A DNA stretch of 64,000 bases from Yuukianura sp. NJ FZ-2021 (GCA_046563655.1 CM102290.1:8618001-8682000), one strand, 5' to 3'. Shown: positions 51,701-64,000, counted from the stretch's first letter. The notes: generated by a model not told the origin, from the letters alone. Program-made: numbers and translations.

Positions 51701-53929
51701 GGATTTTTAAAAAAAAAATCCGGATAAATCCGTAGCCCGCTAGGTTAAATTTCAACATGAAAAAGCCATGTGTTGAACACTGTTATTACTTATTGCTAAG
51801 TGTACTAACAGTTTATTTTAGTTAACCATACTAAAAACTACAACATGATGTTTTCCAGAAGCGCTAAAGTCCCTCAACCTCCCATATAACACAAGTGCAA
51901 GTTGCTCCATTGTTGGAAATGTCGCCTAAATTTAGATCTGACCACTGTCGGGAAAATTCGTTAGCTTTTGTATGTATGCGGCCAATTTTTTCTTCTTCAA
52001 TCCTTCTTGTGCCGATCTAAGTACACTCAACACTAAATTAAACAATGGAACAGGTTTCGTTTCCCAACGCTAAAAGAGCTGCCCAGGAATCGAACACTAG
52101 CCGGGTTTGCAAGTTATATAAAAAATATCAAAAATTATTCCAAATTCAAAAGTCAAAGCTAACCAAACCTCATCAACAGATCATTAAACTGGTAAAAATT
52201 CTTTCTAACTTAAAAATTTTTTACCTAACATTTGTTCTCACTTTAAAATTGAAAACAAAATTATAACTTAAACCTCCACCGCTTGGAAATGGTTTCAAAT
52301 TGAATCCAAACGGAGTTATTTGTTTTTCTCTCGTTGGAAAATGAAATTAGTCCCACAACTTCTGTTTAATTATAAAAAGTTTTCTGTGATTAGCTGAGGT
52401 TAGTTAGTATTCCCATAATTTAGTTTTTGGTTAGGTTTTTGTAACGGTTGAAAGATACTCCTTGTAAGTTTTCGCCCGTTTTTTCTATCACTTAAAAATT
52501 GGTCAAGTTTTTAAAACCATGATCCGGATCAGATTAAAAAAAAAATCCGGATTTGGTAAACTTGGATCCGTCAAAAATCCGGATATCCGATCCGGATAAA
52601 AATCCGGATTGCGACCCCTAATTACATACCCCTCAGCATGACCCAAATTATCGACAATTATCGATAACGGCAAAAAAATTTCGATAATTATCGATAATTT
52701 ATTATCGATAATTATCGATAATAATCGAGAATAATTCTCGATAATGCGACCCCTAGTATGTACACTACTTTTAATTAGTGTCCTTAAGCTAGTCTGCCTA
52801 TTGCAAGTATTATTGCTGGCCAAAATCAAGATCTACATCAAGGCAAACAGATCGTCCGTCGTTGTAAAGTATTAGTAGCTCGTATCAACCTGTTTCATTT
52901 TAAATGACGTAATATGGTTAACCACAACATTGAATTAAATCGAGGTTCAGCATAAAAAAAATATACGAGCTGAAAAAGAAGTTTTTCTTGGTATTCGTAA
53001 ATATGGCGTCCATTTTTGTGCTTGGAAAACCAGAAAGGACACTGTGTGGTTAGTTGAAAAACCTCTTCTGCAGAACTTTTTGACTTTGGCTCAAAGAGTT
53101 TCTGCAATATGTTATGGATAAAGTTAGAAGACAACGAAAAATTAACACCGCATTTTTTTTCTGATGTGACTGTTTAGCTCTCGAGGTAGATGCGCTAGAT
53201 ACATAAGCCAGATACATAACCACCAGAAAAAAAATATCAATTGCAAGTGGTACTAACTGGAACTGTGGCATATTTTCATGCTAAATTACTGGGATATGTA
53301 GCTTGGCATTACAAAGTTTGGAGTTTCAATTGATGGCAAATCCCTAACAACACTTCAGAGAAGTGTTTTTGGATTTAGTGGCTATGATAGTTGTAAAACT
53401 TTTTTCATCAAAGAGTAATCTTGCCACCATATGTTAACTACTAAATCTGTATTGAACCGGAGGAAGATGACAATCTACGATTAAATTAAACGTAAATTAT
53501 TTTCATCACCAATTCTCACCGCCATTTCAACAGAAGTACTAGCATATTAAGGAATGAATGGATTGAAAGTGTAAATACCCTAAATCCTTGCCAATAAAGC
53601 GCGCAGTATCTGACTTTTTGTGTCCAATAAAAAAAAATCTTTTAATCGGTTCAATCTGTCGCAAAGTACACAATAACTAAAAAAACGTTTTCGAAAGCAA
53701 AACCGTCATCCAACATAACACCATACGCTTGTTTTTCTACAACTTTATCACTACGTTTGGGTTTCCAAACGTATGCATGCGTGAGTGCGCGATATATGCG
53801 AGGATTCAGGGTAATTGTCTTCTCGACTCACCTGTCACTGTCACTGAACTTGGTAATGATATGAAGGGAGACAAGCATTATGAGGAACACGTAAATGCAT
53901 CCTTTTGTGGTTCTACTCAGTCGAATCAT
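45797..53929 (-). CDS. MGAT2: Alpha-1,6-mannosyl-glycoprotein 2-beta-N-acetylglucosaminyltransferase (GnT-II)
   Basis: Type II anchor exon MIRLSRTTKGCIYVFLIMLVSLHII (ATG 53929), stem exon ~50810-51000. Catalytic motifs VIQVH, IFSHD, QIFYP, QTKHHWWWK, FLEEDHY, KHNMGMAFNR, DDYNWDWSL, CGVHH, GGWGDIRDHQLC. Confidence 0.94.
51379..52755. mobile_element. Outer hAT-type non-autonomous element (in MGAT2 intron)
   Basis: TIRs TAGGGGTCGTATTATCGA / TCGATAATGCGACCCCTA. Exact 8-bp TSD GTATGTAC at 51371-78 and 52756-63. Many subterminal TTATCGATAA palindromes. Confidence 0.9.
51647..52620. mobile_element. Inner (nested) hAT-type non-autonomous element
   Basis: TIRs TAGGGGTCGCAA / TTGCGACCCCTA. Exact 8-bp TSD ATTACATA at 51639-46 and 52621-28. 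Subterminal ATCCGGAT palindromes. Confidence 0.9.
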
Positions 53930-56469
53930 GGAAAAGAGCAACTGAAAAGTGGGCTATACGAACAGTCTGACGGACTGCGCTCGAGAATGACTCTTCAGTG
54001 ACTGGGAACTGATTGGTCCTTCTGTCGTAGATGATTCTTCCGTAGCAACAGTGAAAGTAGATTTGAACAAGTGCTCATTTCCCTGATTCCTGTAAAAACA
54101 TAACAAAATGTTAAGGTTGGTTGACAATATCATACTGTGTCAACTCAAGTGCACTAGGTCATAGTGATTTGACATTTTGAAATGGACAGATAGCCTGAGT
54201 AACTGAAATAATCGCGGAAAAATAAGAGAATTTGAGTCAATGTCAAAGTCAGTTCGACTGAAGTGATGCGTGACATCGGACATATGGGGAACATGGGCTC
54301 TAGTAACAATTGAGCGTCATTTTCTGCGCCAAGAACTTTATCCAATAAGATTAAATAAATAAGTAAAGTTATTTTGGAATAAAAAAGTTATTTTAGATGT
54401 CAAGATGTCGTCGCGTTTGGTTGAAAACTAGCTGAAGCGTTGAACACGAACGTTAGAATTGGACAGGTCACTGAAGGGATGGCTGACAAGCTGGTTTTAA
54501 ACTCTGTAGTATCCAAGTAGTACCTAGGTAGAGGGCGACAATCAATCACCCAAACCTGGGGACAGCCTAACCTGAAAATGACAGCACATTGACCACAATT
54601 CAGAGTCGAAAAATTTATTATACAAAATTAGCGTAACAATTTCACAATAGAAGTTACCTCTATGTTCTGTGATTCTAAAGTCAACCACAGAAACACAACC
54701 TCACTTCTACCTGATGAACAAACAGCAACAAAACTAAAAGTGAACGCCGTGAGTTCCGGTCGTGTTTTAGAAATAGGGTAAATGAAAGCGCGTTTTAACT
54801 AACAAAACGCTGTTCTTACAACTGTTGTAAGCGACCTTCGATTCAATACCAACCAATCATATCGGATGTAATATAATAAAAATGACAATGCTTTTGCCAT
54901 TTGCTGAATCTGGATTGGATTGGCACAATAGCAAATTATTAAGGACATACAGAGGAAACTGGAAAGTTTTTTAAATAATTCAAATTACAGATTCTTATCG
55001 TCGCCGCCCCCTTAAACCGTCCACGTTATACGAATTTTGTTGATGTATCAAAATAATTTACAGGGACAATCACTCACAAACTCGTGTTGGAACACTAAAC
55101 ACTTTTGTAAATTGGTAAACCGCATTGGAAAATAGCCCAACAACGTGACAATAACCAACTTTCTTTTCCAGGACTTAAAAGTAGGACGTGACATTGCAGC
55201 TGTTCAGCAATTTGTTAGGATCTTGTCAAGGAATTGCGATCTAATCTGTTCAAGTTAAGCAGTACAAGTATCACCTACGGAAATAGTACAGACTCAACTT
55301 ATCCGTCACTAACTTACAAGAGTGTTTGCGTTGTAACGTGACCTTAACACCTTAGAACAATTTTACAATTTGGAACAACTTACCACCACATTCAGAAGAC
55401 ACTTATCCATGCAGAAAAGACTGAGAGTATTGATGAAAGTGACGTGCTGGACTGGTTGTACTGTCAGTACTAAGCAGCATTGGATCGGCAGTTTCTGTAC
55501 GACATTGAGGTGAAGAAAGGAGGTCGTCAGGTGACATGTGTTTTGTACACAAAAGTGGTTACTAACTAGTTGTTCTTGGATCTTTTGTACTTTAGTAGTA
55601 CTTGACGGTACTTTGACTACTACTATGATCACTTGGTCAGTTAGTGTTGATAATGGAAGAAGGTCAAAGGTGAAGACTGACAAGATGACTCTATGAACAA
55701 CAACAGAAGATACTCCTCCTCCCACAACAGTTGGGTAAACACTGAGTCGATTTTCTTCCTCCTTCAGAAATTCAACATTTCGTTTCCGCGCGTCACAACA
55801 CACGAACCCGCCCGCCCTCCCGTCCAGAAGAATACTCAAGACAGTCTACTTAATCTTGTGTTTGCGGAAGTGTTAATCTCACTTAAAATGAAACTGTTAC
55901 TTAACTAAACAGTACAATTCCCACGGGGCATGTTTCACCGCTCCAGTTCAATGGTCAAGGTCAAGTCAACAAGTGCATCCACAACAAAACTCTGCTGTTA
56001 ATTCAGCTTACCCGACACTTTTACCAACTTTTACGCAGAATGAGCTCAACTTTCTCCCATACTTTCACCAAACTTATGTTAACTAGTTAATTTGCGTTTA
56101 ATTTCACAAACATTGCAGAACCTCTGCATAAATTTGGCTAATTTTGGCAAAAAACAATTTCATGTGACCTTCATAGCCAAGGACTTACGAGGGAGAAAAT
56201 GGGGTCAGGGGACGCCTCCATTTGAAGTCAAAGCTGTTTGTTAATTTCGTGTACTTGAGATTTAGGAAAGGACGGATTTTAAATGTCAATTTAAGTGTTT
56301 TATTCATGGAAAATGTTATGGAAAAATTTTGGCAAGTGTTGAAGCGGAAATATTCAATTGACTAACTGCTCTGTTTCAATTCCAACTAATTTTGCAATGT
56401 GTTTCAAGTTGTGGAAATTTTGAAGTCGTCGCACCAATTTGCAGCAGCTTCGGTTAGCTAATCAGTACT

Positions 56470-58009
56470 TCAAGCCTTGGTCACATTAGGTGTCTTGGAT
56501 GTGTCCCCAGGGGGAACGTCTTGGTCGTTTGACGAAGTAGGTACTGCATCAGGATCTTCCTTGGGTTCATCGGATCCAGATTCTGGTTTACACTCGTCAC
56601 TACAAAAATGTACAAGGTGAAGTAACTGGTCAATGCAATTGTGGCAGAAAAGTAATGAATATTGTGTATTACATCATTTCGTTCAACTCTGGAGTCAACG
56701 GTAGACAGAGCAGTACGTCCGGAGTCGTTTCAAATGTGAGGCTCTTGACCAACTCGTCAGCATCCACGTACTTTTCACAACCGTGACAAAAGCACTTGTT
56801 GTCCGGTTCGACTCGCCCGTTGAAAGTTTGGCTGAGAAACCGAATTAGTCGTTTGGTGTTCTTGAGGAGCAGTTTGATTTGCTTTACAAGTTCACCAGAT
56901 GCTTTGACGATGTCCATTTTCCGATCGTTGAGTGCTTCGAGACCAACTTGGAGTTCGTAATGTAACGCAGCATCTTTTCGGGTATCCAGTTTCACTTCCT
57001 CAACCTCTTCACGAATTTGCTCATAACCAGTACGGAGTGGTACATTTGCAAAGTCTGTTTCCCATTTGTCCAGACACGTTTCCATGATAACCTGAGACTG
57101 ATCTGCTAGAACGTGACAAAAGTGGGTGATATGTTGCGTCAGTTCCAGTTGACACTTAGGTAGCAATTGGTCAAAGTCCATGTCTGGTTGTTCAAACTTG
57201 TAAGACTCCGGAGTACATCGAACGTTGACAGAAGGACCTTTGTAGTCCACGTAGTCCTCGTAAGTCTTGTAATCTTCAACTGGATTCAGCGGCAGTTTGA
57301 GGTCGCTGTACAGACGGTAGTCGGCAATTTTAATGGCATGTAGTCTGGCTTCAATTGTTCCCTCCACAATCCCTGTCCAAGTGTTGTAGTCAGCGTCACA
57401 GTACCGAGAAAACGTTTTGCATTTGTTGTAGAGGTCGTTGATGTTCTTTCTGGTCTTCCGCAACATACCAATCATCTCCTTGACCTCCCGACTTTTGGTC
57501 AGAACATACTGACCTTCAGGCGTTTTGACTTGTCGCATTTTCGCTATGCCTCGGACAATCAAAATGTAGCCGGCCTTCAGCCGTCCAAAAACGTCCACTT
57601 TTGTTGCCTCTGAAAAGGAAACTGGAAATGTGAGGACGTCAATGGACATCCGAGCAACTTCTTCAACAGCATTAATTGACCCAATGAGTTTGACATGGAT
57701 GGTGAGACAGAGGCCGGAATTCCTGGGGGTCAAGGAGGGGTCACGATAGCTGGCCTGGCTACCGGCACCTTTGCGTGGAGTGTGTTTGGCCTTGTTCAGT
57801 GAAGCCACCAGAATGGGATGCAAGAAGCTGGACGGTTTGAGGCTGGACTTGAGCGGGGGCGGAGGCAGTGGCTTGTCTTCGCTTGTTCCAGGCCCATTGC
57901 TGGTTTGGTCGTCAGGATTGTAGGCAGGGGCGGACGTCAAATTGTTGTTGAAGCGAAGCGTGGGAATTCGGTTGGCGAATGGAATCGACGAATCTCGACG
58001 AACGAACAT
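56470..58009 (-). CDS. Uncharacterised protein (~488 aa, two exons)
   Basis: 1337-nt open exon 58009-56673, a 73-nt GT-AG intron, then exon 56599-56470 continuing in frame to TGA. Pro-rich N-terminus, helical core, CFCHGC motif, acidic tail. No family recognised. Confidence 0.75.
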
Positions 58010-58629
58010 CTTACCTATTTTGATTTTGAATTTGGAACGAACTGACCTCGCCTCAGAAATTTTGAACTGGATGGACGAAAATTGGCGGGAATCACGGATT
58101 GACTTTGAGTTTTAGGAGCGGAAAGGGAGAACAGTTTTAAAAACAAACTTTCCTAAGCGTATGAATTTGGTATACAACGACTGTATCTATAGCAACACAG
58201 TAAAAGTTGCATTTCGAAAAGCTGCTTTTTAAAATCTTTTTTAACGCGAATCTACTAAAATTTCCATTATCAGTAATTTATTAAACCTCAATTTGAGTTA
58301 CAATACTTGATGCTTGGCGTTTGTTAGAAAAGGGTATTTGATAGTTAAAAAAGAAAGTGCTAATAAAAAAAATGTTACTTGTAATGTCTGTTGCAATTTA
58401 AAAAAAAACTAGAAATTTCTAAAAAATTATGAGCAGTACGGTTGCTACTTGCTACTTTTGGTTAGATTCTGCTTTCCTTATAAATATTTTTTTATAAAGT
58501 TGCTAAAAGAATACTGAAGAAATACAAAAATATAAGAAAAATTAAAAAAGACAATCATTAAGACAATTTGAAAATGTTAACCATTTGAACACTACTCAGT
58601 TTTTATACATCTTATTCTAAAATGGCAAC

Positions 58630-61600
58630 TCATAGCACGCTCATTGTGCGCTGGGTTTGAAAAACTAATAAACTGACGACATAGAAGAGAACCAGTGAAA
58701 GTCCGCTCCTGCCTTGGGCACTTGACGAGTCTAAGGAAGTAAATAATTAATTGTCATTCATTAGTTAAACGCTTAATAATTCATTAATGTTTGACTTGAC
58801 TGTGGAAATGCTTACATTCATATCGTGTCTTGGACGCTGCTCTTCGAATAGAACAACTCCTATAAGCCAATTTCGTTTTTCTGGTAGCTGGATTTACAAC
58901 TCCCGGAATTTCGAGACTGGGGCGATGAATTTCTCTTCCGTTGAGCAGCCGATCAAAATCTTGCTCAATTTTGTCAGCAGAGGGTCCTGAAAATGTTTTT
59001 AAAATCACCGGTTTTAAAAAAGTGAAAATTCAAAGGTTAATTTTGAATATTTACCGCGAAAGTGAAACAAAAGTTGGATGCATTCGCCATCTTGGACATC
59101 CTTTGTTTGTCGATTGTCATACGTTAGCATCCACTCCGGCACTCCCAAGACCTTACGCACATCATCTATAAATTCCTCACTGAAAAGTTAATCAAACCGA
59201 AGGATTAACTCATCTTTTGCAATGTAAAGCTCAAAAAAAAATTAAACAAATAACTAAAAGTATGTGTTTACAGTAAAAATGTATTTAGTTTTCTAATGTT
59301 TGCATATTTGATGATGTCCTTGTCCGGATCAATGTTGGCACATGCAAGGCGTTCTTGCCCAAAATTTGGAGGATGAATTATGAGCGATCGGCCGAGGACT
59401 GAAGCCGGCCCACCTAAAATTTTGATTTATAAATTTTGAATTAGAGTGTAGGGACTGTTTGAACGTGTACTTTTTAAAATTTCAAAACATCGTACTCAGA
59501 GGTAGATTTGGGTCTGCGAAGACGTATTTGTTAGCACCAATGGAAATTGGGCCTAGACGACCCGACACGTCTCCGACGAAACACCGCAAAGGTGTAGAAG
59601 TACTGCATTCTTGTGAATAAAATTCAATCTGAAAAAAAAAGAAGAATTTTCGTTACTAAAAATTTATAAAGCACGTTGGATTCCTCACTTTTTGGAAACC
59701 ATAACTTTTTCTCCATTTAAAAATTGAAAAAAAATTTGTTAATGAATAGCGGAAAACCAATTTAAGTTTGCAGTTGTCCAAAATTGGTTAAAATTGGTTA
59801 AACCTCTCTCTACTTTTTTTCGAAGTGGTTAATTAAGTAGTATTTTCTGAAAATCCTAAAAAGTATTTGTTTGTGTACAATTTAAAACAAACGCAACAGG
59901 AATTTTTTTAGATGTTACCTAACCTATGTATTAGAGAAGATAGAAACCGCAGTGCCTTGATGTTTTTAAAAAAAAGTAGCTTACGTTGTTTGGATCTGCT
60001 AAATGGACAAAATATGGATTCCAAATTATTCCAGCAGCCACACAACGATGTGAAAGCGAGCGCACTGCAGCATCATGCGCAATTCGATTCACATAGACCG
60101 ACCACTTGTGATTTCTCGTCTGAAAACATAAATCAGTAAAACATTAAAAACGATTTACAGAATTATTTTTCAAAACTAATCAAAAATTAAATTGTATTTC
60201 AAATAAAATTTATGAAATTGTTATTTCAATTTTACTATCTCTCGATTGTTCTGTCCAGGATACTTCAAGTTCACCTCCACGGTCGTATCACTCAAACTTC
60301 CATCGTTGTATACAAGTTGAGTCTATTGTTAAAAAATTATTTTCTAAATCCAAGGTCAAGGTAAAATTATAATAGTTTAGATTATGACTTACAAATCTCA
60401 CGTATCCCCATGCGTATCCATCGGGGTGGTGAAACGACGCAATAGCGCGATATTCAGAAGCTTCCGAAGGACTGTACCCTCGCACCACGTCTGCGCATGT
60501 CCATCTATTAAAAATATTTTGAAAATAGTACTCTTATGCATAGTATGACGTTAGGTTCGTAGTATGAGCACGAGTTTCAAATTTTATGTCGCTAACTACT
60601 GACCTCGCATCTCGATCTCGCTGGATGACGACTGATCTGCCAAGGATGGAATGCGGAGCCACCAGTTCCATATTCGTGTCGTTGTATTCTCCCTCAAAAT
60701 CATAACGACTCTGCAACCCACCGAACTTTCCACTCAGGTCACCCACCGCAAATTGGTCAGGGGAACCCACACTAGGGGGTTTTGTGACATTGAACGGATT
60801 GAATTCCAGCCCCACCGAATGCTCCGAACATGGATCCGTTCGGTAAATTGGAATGGACGTCTAGTATAACAAATTCAGCAAATCAGTAGTACTGCGCATA
60901 ATGTTACATTAAAAAGAGTTTGTTTAAAAAGTACTTGGTGGATGAGGTACTTCTGGGCAACGGCCGACAGTCCTTTGAGTCCCACGTAAGTTTTGACTGG
61001 AGAAAATGGCGTTTCTTGCAAGAACTCCAACTTCCCAGTCACTGGTGCCTTGCCTCCATTCGGAAACCAGTCTTTGGCTACAGCTTTGAGACGATACACT
61101 CTCTGAATCCTAAAATTTCAATAAAAATAAATTACTCAAAAGTGACAAAATGAACATAGCACGAAAAATAATAAATAAAGAAAAGGCGTTGAGAGTGGAA
61201 AGCCAACCCACTGTGTTGACCTCATTTATAAAATGTCTGAGAGGATGAGGTTTGCGAATTCCTAGGAATGACAATTTAACATTTCTTGTGTTTCAAAAAT
61301 TGACTTTTTTTTCGCAAGTGATTTAAACTAATTCTTAAATGGAAATCCAATCCTAATTTTCATTTTGACAGTTTAAAGTGCTGCAGTTACAACCTTCAAA
61401 AAAATTCAAAAAGAGGATGAATAATTTCGCACTTTCAAAAATGATAAGTTGACAGTCAAGTTGGCCAAAAAATACAATGGTCAATTTGGAAAACAAATTC
61501 ATTCCAATCTTTCACCAGAGACATCTTGGCATTCTTTGTTTTGTGACTGTATGAAAAAATAGAGGCCTATGGCACTGCAAAATCTGTATACTTTAGTTTA

Positions 61601-64000
61601 TCAAATGGAAATCTTAGCTCATATTACCTAATTACTCTAACTTTCATTTTCAAAATGCTTTTACTTTTGAATTAAATTTTGAAAGTTCAACAGCAACTGT
61701 TAAACCAGCCCCAAGAAAAACTTTTTTTTAGTATTCCGTAGGTTTTGGTAATGACCTTGACCGTCACGGGGAGTGATCTTGTTTGTAATGTGATTGGCGA
61801 TAACCTGAAGCTACTCAGACTTATAAAGTGAACGAGATCATGTTTCTTTGTAACTCGAAGGCAGAGTATCAATAACGACTGTTCTTCGCAGAAAGTGAAA
61901 GTGTAATTGGCTTACATGGTACAAGCGAGTCGATCTCCACGGTGCAGAGGATGGATGTCATCGAACATGACAATTGACTTGCCAATGATAGAGTTCTTGC
62001 CAGACAGAGGGACGTTGATTGCTGTAAAGAAGCGTCGAGTGTAAGGGATCTGCATGGCCGTCCCTGCAACGGAAATTCGTTGAAGTCGCCGGCTAAGGTC
62101 GCCTAGCGAACAGCGATATGGACTCGTTGGGCCACAGTCGGCATAGCCCCTGGGTTCTGTGCTTACCTATTTAAACATCAGGAAAAATTCAGTGAAAGTA
62201 TTTAGTTTGCTCAAGTAAATAATATAAGTTTAGCTAAAAACGCTTTAATAAATACCGTAAAGCTTCCAATAAATGCCGATCTGAAACTGTTCGGCGGCAA
62301 CGCTTTGTAGCAATAAATCTTAAATCTTCAGTTATCCGTAACCTAACTGTATAATTTGAGTATAGCGAAATTTATCTTATTGGAAGTTTTACGGTATTGA
62401 AACAATTTAATTCTTGTTCGTATTCCATACTTTGTATGGATTGAATTGCCCCTCAGCACTGAGACATCTATTTCTCCAGTCAAAGAAGTCCTTTGTGATC
62501 TCTCCGGAATGAACTGCCCATTGATGATCCAATGTGTTGTTTTTTGAGCCATCACTGTAGTGCAGTCCACTGATGAAAATTCTAAGATGGACATACAGAA
62601 TAATTAAGTGGCTGAGAACTGTGAGGTGGAAATTTAGAGTAATGCGTGGCCTAGAATGCAGACTGAAGTAACATGCGGTACCATACCACACTGACGTTTA
62701 AGAACTTAAAAAGCCCTGTAGTGTTAAGTGCCACAGTCACACCTCGTGGTTTCGTTTCTGCGGGCGGTATGAGGATTCCAAATGATCCATCACTTTCTTT
62801 TCTTGACAATTATCAAGGTGGGACCTTATTAATCACTGCTACAAAAATATTCTAGACCATCATCAGTCATTCCCAATTAACAAGTTGCAGAAGATCCACC
62901 TAACATCTCCAATTCCGACTTCAAAAGTTCTTATTACTAAAAGAAACTTTCAGGTTTTGAATTTCCTAACATGCATTATTTACGTCTGTGAAAATACGAC
63001 AGCATTTAAAATTTTTTGACATACGGATTTTTTTGTGAATTGGACTTCTTAGATTTTGTGTAATAACAAGAGTGATTTACATGCAACTGTTGAAAACGAC
63101 ACGTTTTTGTGCATGCACGGAATTTTAGGAACTAAAAATTGGAGTTTCTCAAATGGGTTTTTGGGAAGGATGTGTTATGTTTTTGCTCGTGGGAAAATTC
63201 TATTGTTAATTTTTTATGTTACTAAAATTGAGAAACAATGAAACAGCTTGGATGAGGTTGCATTTTGCCATTTGAGGCTTCATCGCCATACTTGGATTAT
63301 GTAACATCGCAAGGTGTGGGTACGCAATTCTCTTGTTCTGGTCTTAAGACTAATTGTGCCAATAATTAACAAACTGCAAAGTGATGTCGTACTAACCTTG
63401 TTTCTGCAAATGGATCATTGGCTTCTTGTAGGAAGTACATGGAACCCACCAGTGGGTATCTGAATGTGGCTACAGCAGTGAGCACTTCGCGCAGACTCTC
63501 GATGTTGCCACAAATCCAACGACCTCCATCCGACTCCCTGCGGAAATTCCAAATCAAACAATGTTTAGAAAAATTAAAACTGATTGAAGGTTGTTGCCCA
63601 ATTTTGCAAATTTTCCAAATGAGTGACCGGAAATGAAAGCATTCTGATTGACTTTGGAAACTTTCAGCTCTGTAATTTCGTGCTAGGATGCACTAATGCT
63701 AATTGCTGTAATTTAAACTTTACCTTTGAATGACAATTGACCTTCCAAGAATACTGTTGGATCCAAAGAGAGGCAAGTTGACATCACTGTATTTACTGGA
63801 AACATTGTCCAACCCTGTCAGTGGTCCATATTTCCCACTGAGGTCACCCATCTACATAGAAAATAGATTTCGAAATTTTTTTTTTGTAAAGTTATTAATT
63901 CAATTTTTTTTTACCTCAAATTGGTCATCAGTTCCACTTTCGGGAGCAGGGTAGTCGGCCATGTTGACCTGATACGGATTCCATGTTGGTCCAGTGATAG
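58630..64000 (-). CDS. Rsod: Cu/Zn-SOD-fold repeat protein (Rsod/CSRP-like), 5' part beyond the window
   Basis: Four successive SOD-like repeats (GDLSGKYG...SILGRSIVI; GDLSRRL...SIIGKSIVM; GDLSGKFG...SILGRSVVI; GDVSGRLG...SVLGRSLIIH...LACANI) and a hydrophobic C-terminus SLVLFYVVSLLVF. Confidence 0.85.

Noticed and set aside
23870..53929. Glycosylation gene cluster (NANS, KIAA2013, MGAT2)
   Set aside because: The genes are separated by unrelated housekeeping genes and KIAA2013 function is unknown. Without synteny data, chance is sufficient.
55363..55839. 158-aa minus-strand ORF as an independent gene
   Set aside because: Non-ATG start, no motifs, and it runs through a consensus donor. Better explained as a 5' UTR exon.

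Overview
AT-rich, gene-dense eukaryotic DNA with short (~60-100 nt) spliceosomal introns. The gene content (Halloween P450, clip-domain protease homologue, SOD-repeat protein) indicates an arthropod; a springtail-like genome is only a guess. Gene models were stitched by hand from GT/AG boundaries, and coordinates are gene spans, not single ORFs. Recognisable genes in order: CYP302A1/dib (-), non-catalytic clip serine-protease homologue (+), two-RRM Dead end/RBM46/A1CF-family protein (+), PLBD2 (-), an ORF-track-invisible 70-aa secreted 8-Cys WAP-like peptide (-), CCT7 (+), sialic acid synthase NANS (-), a 95-aa membrane ORF (-), LYAR (-), LIPT2 (+), UBE3C-like HECT ligase (-), KIAA2013-like (-), an intronless Cys-rich secreted protein (+), MGAT2 (-), a 488-aa orphan (-), and the 3' part of an Rsod/SOD-repeat gene (-). 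Non-coding structure includes a near-perfect 131-bp tandem array (~18.6 copies), two nested hAT-type non-autonomous elements each with an 8-bp TSD inside an MGAT2 intron, a TA-flanked pogo-like MITE and several hairpins. I saw no CRISPR array, rRNA, tRNA or transposase. I cannot support a wholly new multi-gene system; the best candidates for novelty are the cryptic peptide, the nested elements, the satellite and the orphan ORFs.
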